Shown here one piece after another: positions 62,804 to 64,000 of a stretch of DNA of 64,000 nt. Position numbers and translations under genes: made by a program. Positions within the stretch are counted from its first letter, which is position 1, and each line of letters begins with the position of its first letter. The stretch is from Octopus vulgaris (taxonomy: Eukaryota), in NCBI GenBank assembly GCA_951406725.2, contig OX597837.1, positions 18,848,001-18,912,000 on the forward strand, in the 5' to 3' direction. A model generated the notes under the pieces. The model did no database searches. It saw only the letters and a list, made by a program, of their open reading frames with translations, and was not told the DNA's origin.

Positions 62804-63801
62804 CCTATCATCATCATTTGATGTCTATGTTCTATGCTGGTATAGGGTGGACAGTTTGACATGATCTGATGGGTCCAAGGATCATGTCTCAGGATCTGCT
62901 TTGGTATGGTTTCTACAGCTGGATGCCCTTCCTAATGCCAACCACTTTATAGTATTTTCTAGGTGTTTTTTTCTTTTTCGTCCCACTGACATTTGTGAGG
63001 ATGTTGTGCAGCTTGCCTATCTACAAAATCCAAGGAGATGGGAATTTGCATCCTTATGCGCCCATTTAATCAGGAAGAAAAGGTAGTGAATATGGTCCTC
63101 TATGGGGCTCTCAGGACTAGTGTGAGTGGAGAAAGGAGGTATTCTCAAACCAGAAACTTAGATACTTGCAACTGTAGACTCTGCTAAAGGCACCCAAGGA
63201 TCAGCTAGTTGTGTTGAACCGAGCAATAAATTAAGTCTACTAGCCATATGTGATAACAGGATTCCATTGTTGGTCTTATTCGAGAAGATCAGCAAATGCT
63301 GGGGGAAGAAGAATTTTCTGAGTCTAAAGAGATTTTCGGTTACTTTTTTGCCATTTTGTCAGTTACAAGTTCTTCAGAAGAGATGAGAGTCCCATTGACT
63401 GAAATATTTAAAAGTGAGAAAATAATGGATGAAACCAGTTCTTTCAAAATTCCTATTTTGTTTTCTTCACACTAACTTGTGTAGGTTGAACTGTGTAAAA
63501 TGTTAGAGAAAGAAACTTGGCTGTTTCTTGAAATACATCGAAAGCAAAATTTTTTCAGGGTCCCTTAATATTCTGTTGCGGATCTCCAATTTACTTTTTT
63601 GTTGCATGGATCCACAAACATCTTATATGGACCCTGGTTGAGAATCACTGAGCTAGATGGCCTCTTGCATACAAATCTTTTAGCTAGAGCATTTCATTAT
63701 TTCATATGTCATAGTATCTTATATATTTCTTTTTAATCTGGTAGATTTTTTTTTTGTAATGTTTTGTCTTCATTATATTTTTTCTTTTGTTGTCATAACA
63801 G

Positions 63802-63924
63802 ATAGATGATGAACAAGATGTAGAATCTATGCCAGACTCGCCAATAGAAATCAAGTTTACTTCATATGATCAACCCCCTATGCCAGAACGGGCATTTGAA
63901 GAAGTTTACTATTTCGCTAAATAA
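63802..63924 (+). CDS. Unrecognised spliced gene, terminal coding exon (IDDEQDVESMPDSPIEIKFTSYDQPPMPERAFEEVYYFAK*)
   Basis: Long pyrimidine tract ending tgtcataacag|ATA, phase 0, 40 codons then TAA. Confidence 0.65.
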   Translation: MDDEQDVESMPDSPIEIKFTSYDQPPMPERAFEEVYYFAK

Positions 63925-64000
63925 TATCATTATAATTATTATGTTTAATGAAGACAACTTCACCTTACACTCATACACACAAAAAAAAGAGAATAATAAT

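Overview
AT-rich, repeat-dense eukaryotic (metazoan) DNA. The SINE/RTE/mariner repertoire, (TA)n/(CA)n/(CAT)n microsatellites and TTAGGG repeats point to a cephalopod, probably Octopus (inference). Three genes can be supported. (1) The last four coding exons of an IBTK (inhibitor of Bruton tyrosine kinase) orthologue, + strand, 749-9948. (2) A convergent, single-coding-exon STIP1/HOP-like gene, - strand, 17970-18977, with only TPR2A-TPR2B-DP2; its TPR2A carboxylate clamp is intact and its TPR2B clamp is degenerate. (3) A ~126-aa spliced ORF with no family I recognise, + strand, assembled by hand from four phase-compatible exons (35142-63924), probably transcribed divergently from a CpG-enriched region near 26-27.8 kb. 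The rest is transposon debris: tRNA-derived SINEs, RTE and Tx1/L1 LINE pieces, Penelope-like fragments, a Helitron remnant, mariner/maT elements, hAT and piggyBac-type MITEs, and a 40-bp minisatellite. The most unusual non-genic structures are microsatellite-embedded palindromes, one carrying two oppositely oriented minimal hammerhead-ribozyme-like motifs (2281-2605), and a nested foldback element with a telomeric (TTAGGG)n core (23931-25782). No CRISPR array, rRNA or true tRNA gene is supported. All homology calls are from recalled motifs, not database searches.
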